A stretch of 60,957 nt of DNA from a virus (Duplodnaviria > Caudoviricetes), in the IMG/VR virus record IMGVR_UViG_3300037785_000059, positions 1-60,957 of that record, one strand, 5' to 3'. Position 1 is the first letter of the stretch. Each line of letters opens with the position of its first letter. The translations under genes were made by a program, and so were the position numbers. This document shows positions 45,540 to 55,356 of this stretch, one piece after another. Below the pieces are notes generated by a model. The model made no database searches and was not told the DNA's origin. It saw nothing but the letters and a program-made list of their open reading frames with translations.

Positions 45540-47983
45540 TCGAGCCACGCGCGGGCCTGCTCGCCCAAGACTTGGCTGGCGATGTTGATCTTGTCCCGCA
45601 GGGCCTTGATGATCTTCTCGTCAATCGTCTTGGGCGACACGAGGTCGATGTAAGTCACGTTTGACGTTTGCCCGATCCGGTGTGCGCGGTCCTCGGACTG
45701 CAGACGCACCTCAAGGTCGTACGAATTGGAGTAGTAGATCATCGTCTTGGCCTGCGTCAGGGTCAGACCATAGGCCCCTGTCTTGTTGGAGATGAAGAAG
45801 CGCAGGGGGTGGTCCGGGTTTTGGAAATCGCGGACCGCGGCCCGCCGGTCTTCGTCCGGCGTTGCGCCGTAGTAGGGTGCCGCCGATTCTGGGCCGAATC
45901 GGCGGCGCAGGGCTTCGGTGATCGTTTCGATGTCGTGTGTCCACGTTGCCCAGATGATCACCTTGCCCTGAGTCTCGTCTACGATGTCGAGCAGTTCATC
46001 GAGACGTTTGTTCTTGAGGGGGACGACGTCGCCCTCGTCGGTTGTGAAGAAGCCGCAGCAGATCTGGTGCAGGCGCATGAGCTGCGTGAGGACGGATTGC
46101 GTAGTGGCCAGCTCGCCGCTTTCGAGCTGGGCGAGGGCCAGCTCTTTCATCTGCTTGTAGGCTTTGATCTGTTCGTCGGTCAGGGCGACATCGCGTCGGA
46201 CGTAGATCTTGTCGGGCAGATCGAGGCAGTCCTCTTTGAGGATGCGGGTGCTGAATTTTTCGAGCTTCTCGTTGAGCTCGTCAAGGCGGCGGTATCCAAC
46301 GATCTCCTGGAACGATTTGTGGCCCATGGTCCGTTGCTGCAGGACGGCGTAGCGGCTCTGGTAGGCAAAGTAGGAGGAGAAGCCGAGGCACTTCTCGGCG
46401 AGGAAGTCGCATTGGGAGAAGAGGTCCATCGGGCTTTTGGTGATGGGCGAGCCTGTCAGGATGCGGGTGTATTTGGCGGCGCGGCCGACTTTGACGACGT
46501 TCTTGGTGCGCTTGGCTTGCCGGTTCTTGATGGTCGTGCTTTCGTCTACGGCGACGAGGCAGTTGGGGTTGTGCTTGACGAAGGCGAGGGCGGTGTCGGC
46601 CCCTTTGGGCGTGGACAGGGCCTCGATGTTCATCACGAAGATCCGGAGGCGCTTGTCCCGGCGCTCGTGCGGCAGGGCGAACTCGCGGAGGGTTTCGCGG
46701 AAGCGTTGAGTGATGTTGGGCTGCCAGCGCAGCACTTGGTGTGGAATGCGGTCGGGCAAGTGGACCGGGATTTCGCTCGTGACCCAGTTGTCGAACACGC
46801 CTTTGGGTGCGAGGATCAGAGCGGCGTCGATGCGGCCCGCCTCGTAGAGCGCGCCCATGGTATCAATGGTTATTTTGGTCTTGCCGGTGTTCCCTGTAAC
46901 GAACACGCACCCGTTCCTGCGCAAAACGAGGTAGGTGGAAGGCACTCGGAAACAGTACATGTGTCCGTCGGGTGCCGGTATTTTTTCGGCGCGCGGCTGG
47001 ATGCACACTAGGTTAGACGTCCTACCGGTGCCCACGGCGTGAACCCGCCACGTCCCGTCTCCGCCGGAGCGGACGGAGCTTCGCTTCCCGGTGGAAGCCA
47101 AACAGAACTGAATAAAGTCCGCGTCCTCCTTATGGATCGAAGAATACACTCGCATGTCGCTGTTTTTGGGGGAATCCCAACGAAACACTTCGTCCAGAAT
47201 AACGAGCTTCTGAGCTTCCGTGGCCTGCCACCACATAGCGCCAAACGTCTTTGACACGCACGGCGGCAAAAAGATGACTCGGACAAATTCGTCTTTCGCG
47301 GACCGGACCTCATAGGGGATGTTTGCGCGCTCCAAGAGCATCTGGATACGTTCTATCTTTCTTGTGCGCTTAACCCGAACTGTTCCTTTTCGCTTGGCCC
47401 CCACGCCGCTCAGGTCCCGCGTGTGGAACGTCCCGTCCGCATGAAACGCGACCTGCACGCGGATCTGGTCATCAGACAATGGTATGCCGGGGCCGTGGCA
47501 GCCGCGAAAGACCGGCCAAACGTGCGACATTTTTTTGCCCCGTTCCACGAACCTCTTGGGGGTCGTTTCAAACCATGCGGTGCTTCGCTGGTTGATCTGC
47601 ACGTCGTCCGGGCCTTGCCCGACCCGATCATACAGGTCGCCCAGTTTCGATTTGCGTGTGATGTCCGAGCGCAAAACCAACATGCGATGGTCTTCGCTCA
47701 AGACCTGGTCCAGACCGCGAGCGGAGGTAAAGTGGTACATTTCCTCGCACGGCTTGCGCACGTATTCCAAGGGTTCTACGAATTCTGCGCGTCCATCCAG
47801 CGTGAACTGCGCCACAGGCCCGCCCACGTAGTCGGCAATTCGAACCCACCCTGTGGGGGACAAATACTCGGTGTCGGCATCAACGCACCCCATCTCACAG
47901 AACAGGGCCCAGAATTTCTTGTCCCACGAGGCCGACCACGCGTCGCGCTGGTGGGCATAGGGCGTTGTTTTTGGCTCATACAT
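45536..47983 (-). CDS. SNF2-family helicase (intein-containing)
   Basis: EMG|TGKT, VDESTTIKN, LTGSP, GLTLT, QSEDRAHRIGQ. Confidence 0.92.
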   Translation of the reverse strand: MYEPKTTPYAHQRDAWSASWDKKFWALFCEMGCVDADTEYLSPTGWVRIADYVGGPVAQFTLDGRAEFVEPLEYVRKPCEEMYHFTSARGLDQVLSEDHRMLVLRSDITRKSKLGDLYDRVGQGPDDVQINQRSTAWFETTPKRFVERGKKMSHVWPVFRGCHGPGIPLSDDQIRVQVAFHADGTFHTRDLSGVGAKRKGTVRVKRTRKIERIQMLLERANIPYEVRSAKDEFVRVIFLPPCVSKTFGAMWWQATEAQKLVILDEVFRWDSPKNSDMRVYSSIHKEDADFIQFCLASTGKRSSVRSGGDGTWRVHAVGTGRTSNLVCIQPRAEKIPAPDGHMYCFRVPSTYLVLRRNGCVFVTGNTGKTKITIDTMGALYEAGRIDAALILAPKGVFDNWVTSEIPVHLPDRIPHQVLRWQPNITQRFRETLREFALPHERRDKRLRIFVMNIEALSTPKGADTALAFVKHNPNCLVAVDESTTIKNRQAKRTKNVVKVGRAAKYTRILTGSPITKSPMDLFSQCDFLAEKCLGFSSYFAYQSRYAVLQQRTMGHKSFQEIVGYRRLDELNEKLEKFSTRILKEDCLDLPDKIYVRRDVALTDEQIKAYKQMKELALAQLESGELATTQSVLTQLMRLHQICCGFFTTDEGDVVPLKNKRLDELLDIVDETQGKVIIWATWTHDIETITEALRRRFGPESAAPYYGATPDEDRRAAVRDFQNPDHPLRFFISNKTGAYGLTLTQAKTMIYYSNSYDLEVRLQSEDRAHRIGQTSNVTYIDLVSPKTIDEKIIKALRDKINIASQVLGEQARAWLD
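46889..47887 (-). mobile_element. Class 1 intein (333 aa) with degenerate LAGLIDADG domain
   Basis: CVDADTEYL start, SEDHRM block B, MYCFRVP...FVTGN|T end; AFHADG. Confidence 0.9.
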
Positions 47984-48085
47984 GAAAAAACCTCCTTGAC
48001 ACCCCCAGCCATATCATAACATATGGGATACGCAAGAGGCAAAAAACCTCTTTACACACGGACCACGGCTCACGAAGGAGACACA

Positions 48086-48655
48086 ATGAGCGATATTCTT
48101 GGCATGTTCGAGGAGGACAGCGCGGTCAGCGCGGCGGAAGCCGTCAGCACCGATGGCCTCAAATCCGTATCCGCCCTCGCCCGGCGCATCCGCGATACGG
48201 AAGAGCAAATCCAGCAGGCAGAGGCGTTCCTGAAAGAGCGCAAGGCCCAGCTTCTGAAGATGACCGACGAAGACCTGCCCGCGGTTCTCGAAGAGATGGG
48301 GCTGCAGTCGTTTACGCTGGACGACGGCAGCAAGGTTGAGGTCAAACCGCTCTACGGGGCCTCCATCCCGGCCGCACGTAAGGACGAAGCCTTTGAATGG
48401 CTGCGCGACAACGGGTTTGACGACATCATCAAGAACGATGTCATCTGCAGCTTCGGACGGGGCGAAGACGAAAAGGCGGTGGAGTTCGCCCGCGCCGCCC
48501 GCGAGCGGGGCCTGACCCCCGAGCAGAAACAAGCGGTTCACGCGCAAACGCTCAAGGCGTGGGTGCGCGAGCGCGTCGAAAGCGGGGACGCGTTCCCCAT
48601 GGATCTCTTCGGAGCATTTGTTGGCCAGCGCGCCACGATCAAGAAAGGCAAGTGA
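48086..48655 (+). CDS. Conserved phage replication-module protein
   Basis: AAGGAG RBS; LPAVLEEMG, AFEWLRDNG.DDIIKN, VHAQTLKAWVRE. Confidence 0.8.
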   Translation: MSDILGMFEEDSAVSAAEAVSTDGLKSVSALARRIRDTEEQIQQAEAFLKERKAQLLKMTDEDLPAVLEEMGLQSFTLDDGSKVEVKPLYGASIPAARKDEAFEWLRDNGFDDIIKNDVICSFGRGEDEKAVEFARAARERGLTPEQKQAVHAQTLKAWVRERVESGDAFPMDLFGAFVGQRATIKKGK

Positions 48656-48656
48656 G

Positions 48657-49469
48657 ATGACCAAAGCAGTCGCAAAGAAGGAAGAGGCCCAAACGGCCGT
48701 CGCAGCATTCGATCCGTCGATGTTCGAACAGGACGCCGGCAGCGGCAACGAGAACATCGGCCAAGACGATCTCGCGCTCCCGTTCCTCAAGATCATCTCC
48801 GGTCTGGACCCCCTGCTCGATGACATCGAAGAGCTGCGGAAGGGCGACATCTACAACACCGTCACCGGCGACATCTACAAGGGCAAGGAAGGCGTCCGCG
48901 TCATCCCCTGCGCCTACCAGCGCCGGTTCATCGAATGGGCTCCGCGGGGACAGGGCAGCGGCGCGCCGGTGAACATCTACACCCCCGACGAGGAGCGCCC
49001 GCGCACCGAGCGCAGCAAGGACGACAACCGCGAGTACGTCGTCGGCGGCAACGGCACCTACATCGAGGACACCCAGCAGCACTTCGTCCTGGTCCTGAAC
49101 GATGACGGCACCGCGTCGCCGGCCCTGATCGCCATGAAGTCCACGCAGCTCAAGAAGGGCCGCAAGTGGAACAGCATGATCCAAGGTCGCACGATGATGG
49201 GCAAGAACGGCCCGTTCCAGATGCCCCGCTTCTCCAACGTCTACCTCCTGAAGAGCGTGGCCGAGGAAAACTCCAAGGGTTCTTGGCACGGCTGGGACGT
49301 CAGCCTTGAAGGCCCCGTCACCGACGGCGCGCTCTACGGGCAGGCCAAGACCTTCGCCGAAAGCATCAACCGCGGCGACGTCAACGTGAAGCACGCGCGC
49401 GATGACGACGGTAGCGCCAGCAGCTACGCCGGCAGCCCGTCTGACATGGACGGCGAAGCGCCCTTCTAA
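48657..49469 (+). CDS. Putative ssDNA-binding/annealing protein
   Basis: DLALPFLKI, MKSTQLKK.RKWN, acidic tail ending in PF. Confidence 0.65.
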   Translation: MTKAVAKKEEAQTAVAAFDPSMFEQDAGSGNENIGQDDLALPFLKIISGLDPLLDDIEELRKGDIYNTVTGDIYKGKEGVRVIPCAYQRRFIEWAPRGQGSGAPVNIYTPDEERPRTERSKDDNREYVVGGNGTYIEDTQQHFVLVLNDDGTASPALIAMKSTQLKKGRKWNSMIQGRTMMGKNGPFQMPRFSNVYLLKSVAEENSKGSWHGWDVSLEGPVTDGALYGQAKTFAESINRGDVNVKHARDDDGSASSYAGSPSDMDGEAPF

Positions 49470-49537
49470 ACCATCCCCTGAGACGACCACGCGGGCCCCG
49501 CTCCGGCGGGGCCCCAACCACCAGCAGGGGCTTCTTT

Positions 49538-51076
49538 ATGTCAAACGAAGAAAAATTCGCAGCAATCTTCGATGGGTTGAAGCAGGCCTACGGCACCTAT
49601 CGCATCGACCGCACACAATCGAATGGCAAGAACGTCGGCAAAGCCGCCGTCATCCAACAACCGCGGACCGCGGGCCTGTGGCAGGACCACCTCGCCGGCC
49701 GGGGCGCGGGCATCGGGATCATCCCGATCAACGAGAATAACGACTGCAAGTGGGGCTGTATCGACATCGACCAGTACCCCTTGGACCACAAGGCGCTGAT
49801 CGAGCGCATCCGAAAGCTGAATCTGCCCCTCGTCGTCTGCCGCTCCAAGTCGGGCGGGGCGCATATGTTCCTGTTCACGTCCGACTGGATCTCGGCCCGC
49901 GACATGCAGAAGGCGCTGAACCAGATCTCAGCGGCAATGGGGTACGGCGGCAGCGAGGTCTTCCCCAAGCAGGTCCGCCTGTTCTTGGAGCGCGGCGACG
50001 TAGGGAATTTCCTGAACCTGCCCTACTTCGACGCCGAGGGCGGCCTGCGCTACGCGTTCAACGATGACGGCACGGCCGCGACCTTGGAAGAGTTCTTTGC
50101 CCTCTACGACCGCTTTGTCCAAACCCCAGAGCAGGTCCAAGCCCTGACCATCGAGGAAAAGCCCGACGAGCTGATCCCGGAGGGCCCGCCCTGTCTGCAG
50201 ACCCTAGCCCGGCAGAAGATCAGCGAGGGCGGCCGCAACAACGGCCTGTTCAACATCGGCGTCTACCTGCGCAAGGCCTACCCGGACAACTGGGAGGCGG
50301 AGCTTCTAACCTACAACATGCAGTATCTCGACCCGCCCCTGCCGCTGTCGGAAGTCAACGTCGTCGCAAAGCAGCTCACCAAGAAGGACTACGCCTACCG
50401 CTGCAAAGAGCCGCCCATCGCGCCCTACTGCAACGCCGAGCTGTGCCGCACGCGCAAGTATGGCGTCGGCGCGGCGGTGGCCAGCAGCGTGATCGCCAAC
50501 CTGCGAAAGTACAACTCCACCCCGCCCGTCTGGTTCATGGACGTCAACGGCGAGCCGCTGGAGCTGGATACCGAGGGCCTGATGAGCCAAGGGGCCTTCC
50601 AGAAAGCCTGCGTCGAGCAGCTCAACCACATGCCGCGGACCGCGGCCAAGAACCAGTGGGAGGCGCGGATCAACAAGCTCCTGCAGGACATGACCGAGAC
50701 CGAGGGGGCCATCGTGCAAGTGTCGGAGGACGCGTCGATTGACGGCCAGTTCTACGACTACCTCGAAGAGTTCTGCACGACGATGCAGCAGGCCAACAGC
50801 CGGGAAGAGATCCTGTTGCGGCGGCCCTACACCGACGAGGAGCAGGACCTAACCTACTTCCGGCTCAAGGATTTCGAGGCGCACCTCAAGAAGAACAAGT
50901 TCTTCGAATACAAGAGCCACAAGATCGCCCAGCGCCTGCGGGACCGCAACGGCGACAGCACCGTCATCAAGATCAAGGGCAAGCCCGTGCGCGTCTGGAC
51001 CATACCGGCGTTCAAGACGGGTGCCGTCGAGCTGGATACCCCCAACTTCAAATCAGCGGAGGACTCCCCGTTTTGA
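49538..51076 (+). CDS. AEP-type primase-polymerase with PriCT-like domain
   Basis: WGCIDID, RSKSGGAH, EVFPKQ, GNFLNLPY, EGGRNN. Confidence 0.85.
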   Translation: MSNEEKFAAIFDGLKQAYGTYRIDRTQSNGKNVGKAAVIQQPRTAGLWQDHLAGRGAGIGIIPINENNDCKWGCIDIDQYPLDHKALIERIRKLNLPLVVCRSKSGGAHMFLFTSDWISARDMQKALNQISAAMGYGGSEVFPKQVRLFLERGDVGNFLNLPYFDAEGGLRYAFNDDGTAATLEEFFALYDRFVQTPEQVQALTIEEKPDELIPEGPPCLQTLARQKISEGGRNNGLFNIGVYLRKAYPDNWEAELLTYNMQYLDPPLPLSEVNVVAKQLTKKDYAYRCKEPPIAPYCNAELCRTRKYGVGAAVASSVIANLRKYNSTPPVWFMDVNGEPLELDTEGLMSQGAFQKACVEQLNHMPRTAAKNQWEARINKLLQDMTETEGAIVQVSEDASIDGQFYDYLEEFCTTMQQANSREEILLRRPYTDEEQDLTYFRLKDFEAHLKKNKFFEYKSHKIAQRLRDRNGDSTVIKIKGKPVRVWTIPAFKTGAVELDTPNFKSAEDSPF

Positions 51077-51618
51077 CCCACACTCGTGAAGAAACCATCG
51101 CGCGGGCGAAGGAAATGCGCCGCCAGCACGTCGAAGAGAAGATGTCGCTGCAGACCATCGGCAACCAGCACGGCCTGTCGCGCGAGCGCGTGCGGCAGAT
51201 CATCCAGAAGTACGAGACGGTGTTCTGCCGCCAAGAGGCCATGGCCGAGGGCCGTCTGCGCCTAGTCGTGATGGGCGACCTGTTCGGCGTCGTGTCTCGC
51301 CGGATCTGGGCCGTCATCGAGCGCGCGCAGCTAGAGAGCTACCCCATCCAGTCGTTCATCGACCGGATCGACCTGCGCGAAATCATGGACCACCCCAACG
51401 TCGGCAAGCGGTCCATCAACGAGCTTCTCACCATTTTTGAACAGGCAGGGTACGATGTTTCGCATCTTCGGGCCGCCCGGAACTGGAAAAACTACAACGC
51501 TTCTGAACATCGTGCAAAGAGCTTTGGAGGAGGGAACTTCCCCAACCTCGATTGCATTCCTAGCCTTTACGAGGAAAGCGGCGCGGGAAGCCAAGGAGCG
51601 GGCCTGCCAGAAATTTGA
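51073..51618 (+). CDS. Sigma70 region-4 HTH fused to RNAP alphaCTD-like HhH domain
   Basis: SLQTIGNQHGLSRERVRQI and EIMDHPNVGKRSINEL. Confidence 0.65.
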   Translation: MTHTREETIARAKEMRRQHVEEKMSLQTIGNQHGLSRERVRQIIQKYETVFCRQEAMAEGRLRLVVMGDLFGVVSRRIWAVIERAQLESYPIQSFIDRIDLREIMDHPNVGKRSINELLTIFEQAGYDVSHLRAARNWKNYNASEHRAKSFGGGNFPNLDCIPSLYEESGAGSQGAGLPEI

Positions 51619-52960
51619 CTTCGACCCGGACAAAGACCTGCCGTTCTTCCGCACGATCCACTCGCTGGCCTACCGGATGAGCAACGTGCGGGAGAGCCAA
51701 CTCCTGCAGGCGGAGCACTTTGACGAGCTGTCGAAGCAGATCGGCGTGTCGATGACCGTGACGCGCGTCTCGGAAGATGATGACGAGGCGGGCGTCACCT
51801 CGGACCACCCGATCCTGTCGCTGATCAACCTCGCCCGGCTTCGCAAGACGCCCCTGCGCGCTCAGTACGACCGCAGCAGCATCCAGCACACCTGGGAGGA
51901 GGTTTCGTACGTGGACAGGGCGTACAGGGGCTACAAGGAGGCTCTGGGGCTGTATGACTACACCGACATTCTGGAGAAGTTCGTGACGGAGGGTGTGGCC
52001 TACTGCCCGCGCTTCAAGCTGACGTTCATGGACGAGGCGCAGGATTTGTCGCCGATGCAATGGGACATCGCCCACGCGCTCGACGGCATCTCGGAGCGGA
52101 TGTACTGCGCCGGCGATGACGACCAAGCTATCTACCGCTGGGCCGGGGCCGACGTGGATCACTTCATTAACCTGCCGGGCGGGGCCGAGATCCTAGAGCA
52201 GTCCTACCGCATCCCGGCCTCGGTCCACCGCGTGGCGGAGCGGATCGCGTCGCGGATCGGGCGGCGCTACACGAAAGTCTACAAGCCCCGCAAGGAAGAG
52301 GGGCAGGTGAACCGAATCTACAGCATCGGCGAGCTGGACATGCGCGAGGGGAATTGGCTCGTCATGGCCCAGGCCAACTACATGCTTACGCCCGTGGCCG
52401 AAGAGCTCAAGCGCGCGGGCCTCCTGTTCGAGCGCAACGGCCGGCGGTCCATCTCGGCGCGGATCAGCCAAGCCGTGAACGGCTGGGAGGGCCTGCGCAA
52501 GGGCCGCAGCATCGACTGGGACACGGCACAGTGCATCTACGACTACATGTCCGGCAACGGGAAGCGCGTGCGCCGGGGCTACAAGAAGTTCTCTGACACC
52601 GACAAAGACAAGATGTTTGATCTGGCGACCCTGCAGTCCGACCACGGCCTCGCCGCCGACCCGGACATGCCCTGGTACGACGCGCTCGATAAGCTGCCGC
52701 AGGTGGACCAGATCTACATCCGCGCCCTGCTGCGAAGCGGCGAGAAGTTCAACGCCGCGCCCCGCATCAAACTGTCCACGATCCACGGCACAAAGGGCGG
52801 GGAGGCCGACAACGTCGTGCTGTTCACGGACCTCAGCCCGGCGGCCATGGACGAGGAGAGCGAAGACCTGCACCGGGTCTTCTACGTGGGCGTCACGCGG
52901 ACGCGCCAGAACCTTTTCATTGTCGAACCGGACGACGCAACAAGGAGCTACCTGATATGA
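51455..52960 (+). CDS. UvrD/Rep-like SF1 helicase
   Basis: GPPGTGKT, AFTRKAA, DEAQDLS, AGDDDQAIY, STIHGTKGGEAD, YVGVTR. Confidence 0.92.
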   Translation: MFRIFGPPGTGKTTTLLNIVQRALEEGTSPTSIAFLAFTRKAAREAKERACQKFDFDPDKDLPFFRTIHSLAYRMSNVRESQLLQAEHFDELSKQIGVSMTVTRVSEDDDEAGVTSDHPILSLINLARLRKTPLRAQYDRSSIQHTWEEVSYVDRAYRGYKEALGLYDYTDILEKFVTEGVAYCPRFKLTFMDEAQDLSPMQWDIAHALDGISERMYCAGDDDQAIYRWAGADVDHFINLPGGAEILEQSYRIPASVHRVAERIASRIGRRYTKVYKPRKEEGQVNRIYSIGELDMREGNWLVMAQANYMLTPVAEELKRAGLLFERNGRRSISARISQAVNGWEGLRKGRSIDWDTAQCIYDYMSGNGKRVRRGYKKFSDTDKDKMFDLATLQSDHGLAADPDMPWYDALDKLPQVDQIYIRALLRSGEKFNAAPRIKLSTIHGTKGGEADNVVLFTDLSPAAMDEESEDLHRVFYVGVTRTRQNLFIVEPDDATRSYLI

Positions 52961-53352
52961 AGACCATCGAGCAGGAAATGGAGGACCAAAGCATCCTTGC
53001 GGCGGCGTCCGGGTATCCCGACGACAACCCAAAGACAGTCTATGGAGAGTCCAAGCCCAAGATCAGCAGCACGCCGATCATCGGCATCCGCGAGATGGGC
53101 AAGGTGTTTGAGCTCGGGGCCAAGAAATACGGCCGCTTCAACTGGAGGATCCATACGGTTTCGGCCACAGTGTACTATGACGCGGCGTGGCGGCACCTGT
53201 CTGCGTGGTTTGAAGGCGAAGACATCGACCCGGAAAGCGGCGTGTCGCACCTCGCCCACGTCATGGCTTGCATGACGATCCTGCTGGACGCCGAAGACAA
53301 GAAAAAGCTCAATGACAACAGGGGCACCTGCGAAGAAGTGAGCGCCCCGTGA
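52957..53352 (+). CDS. dATP/dGTP diphosphohydrolase domain protein (DUF5664-like)
   Basis: GAKKYGRFNWR, AAWRHL, GEDIDPESGVSHLAH. Confidence 0.8.
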   Translation: MKTIEQEMEDQSILAAASGYPDDNPKTVYGESKPKISSTPIIGIREMGKVFELGAKKYGRFNWRIHTVSATVYYDAAWRHLSAWFEGEDIDPESGVSHLAHVMACMTILLDAEDKKKLNDNRGTCEEVSAP

Positions 53353-55256
53353 TGGAGACGAAACTGCAGATCCCGATGTTCACCACTAACCCCGAGTGGG
53401 TGCCGCCGAGCGAGCTGCCCGATCTCACCGACTGCAAAGAGATCGCCATCGACGTCGAAACGCGCGACCCGAACCTCAAGCTCAAAGGCCCCGGCTGGCC
53501 GACGAAGGACGGGGAGGTGATCGGCTATGCCGTCGCCACGCACCACTGGTCCGGATACCTGCCCGTCAAGCATTTCGGCGGCGGCAACCTTGACGAAGGC
53601 ATCGTCAAGCGCTGGCTCAAAAAGCAGCTCGCCAGCCCGGCGGACAAGATCATGCACAACGCCCAGTACGATCTCGGCTGGCTGCGCGCTGAGGGGTTCG
53701 AGGTTCACGGCCGCGTGATCGACACGATGGTCACGGCGAACCTGCTGGACGAAAACCGCTTCAGCTACAGCCTGAACGCGCTGGGCTACGACTACCTGGG
53801 CAAGGTCAAATCAGAGAAGGGCCTGACCGAGGCGGCCCGCGACTTCGGCGTCGATCCCAAGGGGGAGATGTGGAAGCTGCCCGCCATGTACGTCGGGCAG
53901 TACGCCGAGATGGACGCCGTCTTGACGCTCGACCTTTGGACCAAGTTCAAGAGCATGGTCGAAACAGAGGGGCTAACCGAGGTCTGGACGCTTGAGACAG
54001 AGCTCATCCCCTACCTCGTGGAGATGACGCGCCGCGGCGTGCGCGTCGATCTCGATAGGGCCGAGCGGTCCAAGCAGGAGGTGATGAAGCGCGAGAAGGA
54101 TCTTCTACAAGAAATCCGCAGCATCGCCGGCATGGACGTGGACATCTGGGCCGCCGCCAGCATCTCCAAAGCCTTCGACGCCCTGTCCGTGCCCTACCCC
54201 CGGACCGAGAAGGGCGCGCCGTCCTTCACCAAATCGTTCCTCACGGACCACGCGCACCCGCTCGCCAAAGCCATCGCCCAGGCGCGGGCCTACAACAAGA
54301 TCAATGGCACGTTCATCGACGGCATCCTGAAATACGTCGGCCCCGACGGCCGCGTGCATGGCCACATCAACCAGATCCGCTCGGACGACGGCGGCACCGT
54401 CTCCGGCCGCATCTCGATGTCCAACCCCAACATGCAGCAGATCCCGTCCCGCGACCCCGTGCTCGGGCCCATGATCCGCAGCCTGTTCCTGCCCGACGAA
54501 GGCAAGCAGTGGGCCAGCATCGACTTCTCGCAGCAGGAGCCGCGGCTCGCGGTCCACTACGCGGACGCCTACGGCAAGAGCATCCGCAGCCCCTTGGCCG
54601 GGGTGGCCGAGATCGTGGAGGCCTACAACACCGATCCGAACACGGACTTCCACACGATGGTGGCGGAAATGGCGGGGCTGCCGCGCAAGCAGGCCAAGGC
54701 GGTGGGTTTGGGCATCATTTACGGCATGGGGGCCAAGAAAATGGCCGACGATCTCGACATCTCGGTCGAAGAGGCCAAGGACGTGATCGCCCAGTTCAAC
54801 GGCACGTTGCCGTTCCTGAAAGCGCTCAACCGTGGCGTGCAAAACCGTCTCGAAGACCCTCGGTCCTCCGGCAGCATCCGCTCGATCCGCGGCCGCAAGT
54901 GCCGGTTTGAGCTGTGGGAGCCCGCCTCGTTCGGCATGAACAAGGCCATGAAGTACGAAGAGGCGGTCGCGGCCTACGGCCCGACGACGCGGCTGCAGCG
55001 GGCGATGACCTACAAAGCCCTGAACCGCCTGATCCAAGCGTCGGCGGCCGATATGACCAAGACCGCATGGCTGAATTGCTGCAAAGCCGGGCATCTGCCC
55101 ATGCTTCAGGTCCACGACGAACTGGCCTTCAGCGTCACAGACGTCGAAGAGGCCAAAAAGCTGTCCCGCATCATGTCCGAGGCCGTGCCTTTGTGCGTTC
55201 CCAACAAATGCGACATTGACATAGGGCCGAGCTGGGGCGAAGCTAAAGAGGTGTGA
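53352..55256 (+). CDS. polA: Family A DNA polymerase with 3'-5' exonuclease
   Basis: IDVET, HNAQYD, GRISMSNPNMQQIP, DFSQQEPR, AKAVGLGIIYGMG, QVHDEL. Confidence 0.95.
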   Translation: METKLQIPMFTTNPEWVPPSELPDLTDCKEIAIDVETRDPNLKLKGPGWPTKDGEVIGYAVATHHWSGYLPVKHFGGGNLDEGIVKRWLKKQLASPADKIMHNAQYDLGWLRAEGFEVHGRVIDTMVTANLLDENRFSYSLNALGYDYLGKVKSEKGLTEAARDFGVDPKGEMWKLPAMYVGQYAEMDAVLTLDLWTKFKSMVETEGLTEVWTLETELIPYLVEMTRRGVRVDLDRAERSKQEVMKREKDLLQEIRSIAGMDVDIWAAASISKAFDALSVPYPRTEKGAPSFTKSFLTDHAHPLAKAIAQARAYNKINGTFIDGILKYVGPDGRVHGHINQIRSDDGGTVSGRISMSNPNMQQIPSRDPVLGPMIRSLFLPDEGKQWASIDFSQQEPRLAVHYADAYGKSIRSPLAGVAEIVEAYNTDPNTDFHTMVAEMAGLPRKQAKAVGLGIIYGMGAKKMADDLDISVEEAKDVIAQFNGTLPFLKALNRGVQNRLEDPRSSGSIRSIRGRKCRFELWEPASFGMNKAMKYEEAVAAYGPTTRLQRAMTYKALNRLIQASAADMTKTAWLNCCKAGHLPMLQVHDELAFSVTDVEEAKKLSRIMSEAVPLCVPNKCDIDIGPSWGEAKEV

Positions 55257-55290
55257 TGCAGGCTCATCATGCTGTTCCTCTCCTTGACTC

Positions 55291-55319
55291 ACCCGCGGAC
55301 CCCGGTCCGCGGGTTTTTT
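55291..55319 (+). terminator. Intrinsic terminator
   Basis: ACCCGCGGAC CCCG GTCCGCGGGT TTTTT. Confidence 0.85.
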
Positions 55320-55356
55320 CTTGTCGGCCGAGAGCGTGTCTTATATCATCGCAGAC

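Noticed and set aside
52957-55256. Z-genome or 7-deazaguanine modification system
   Set aside because: No purZ, dpdA or que genes recognised
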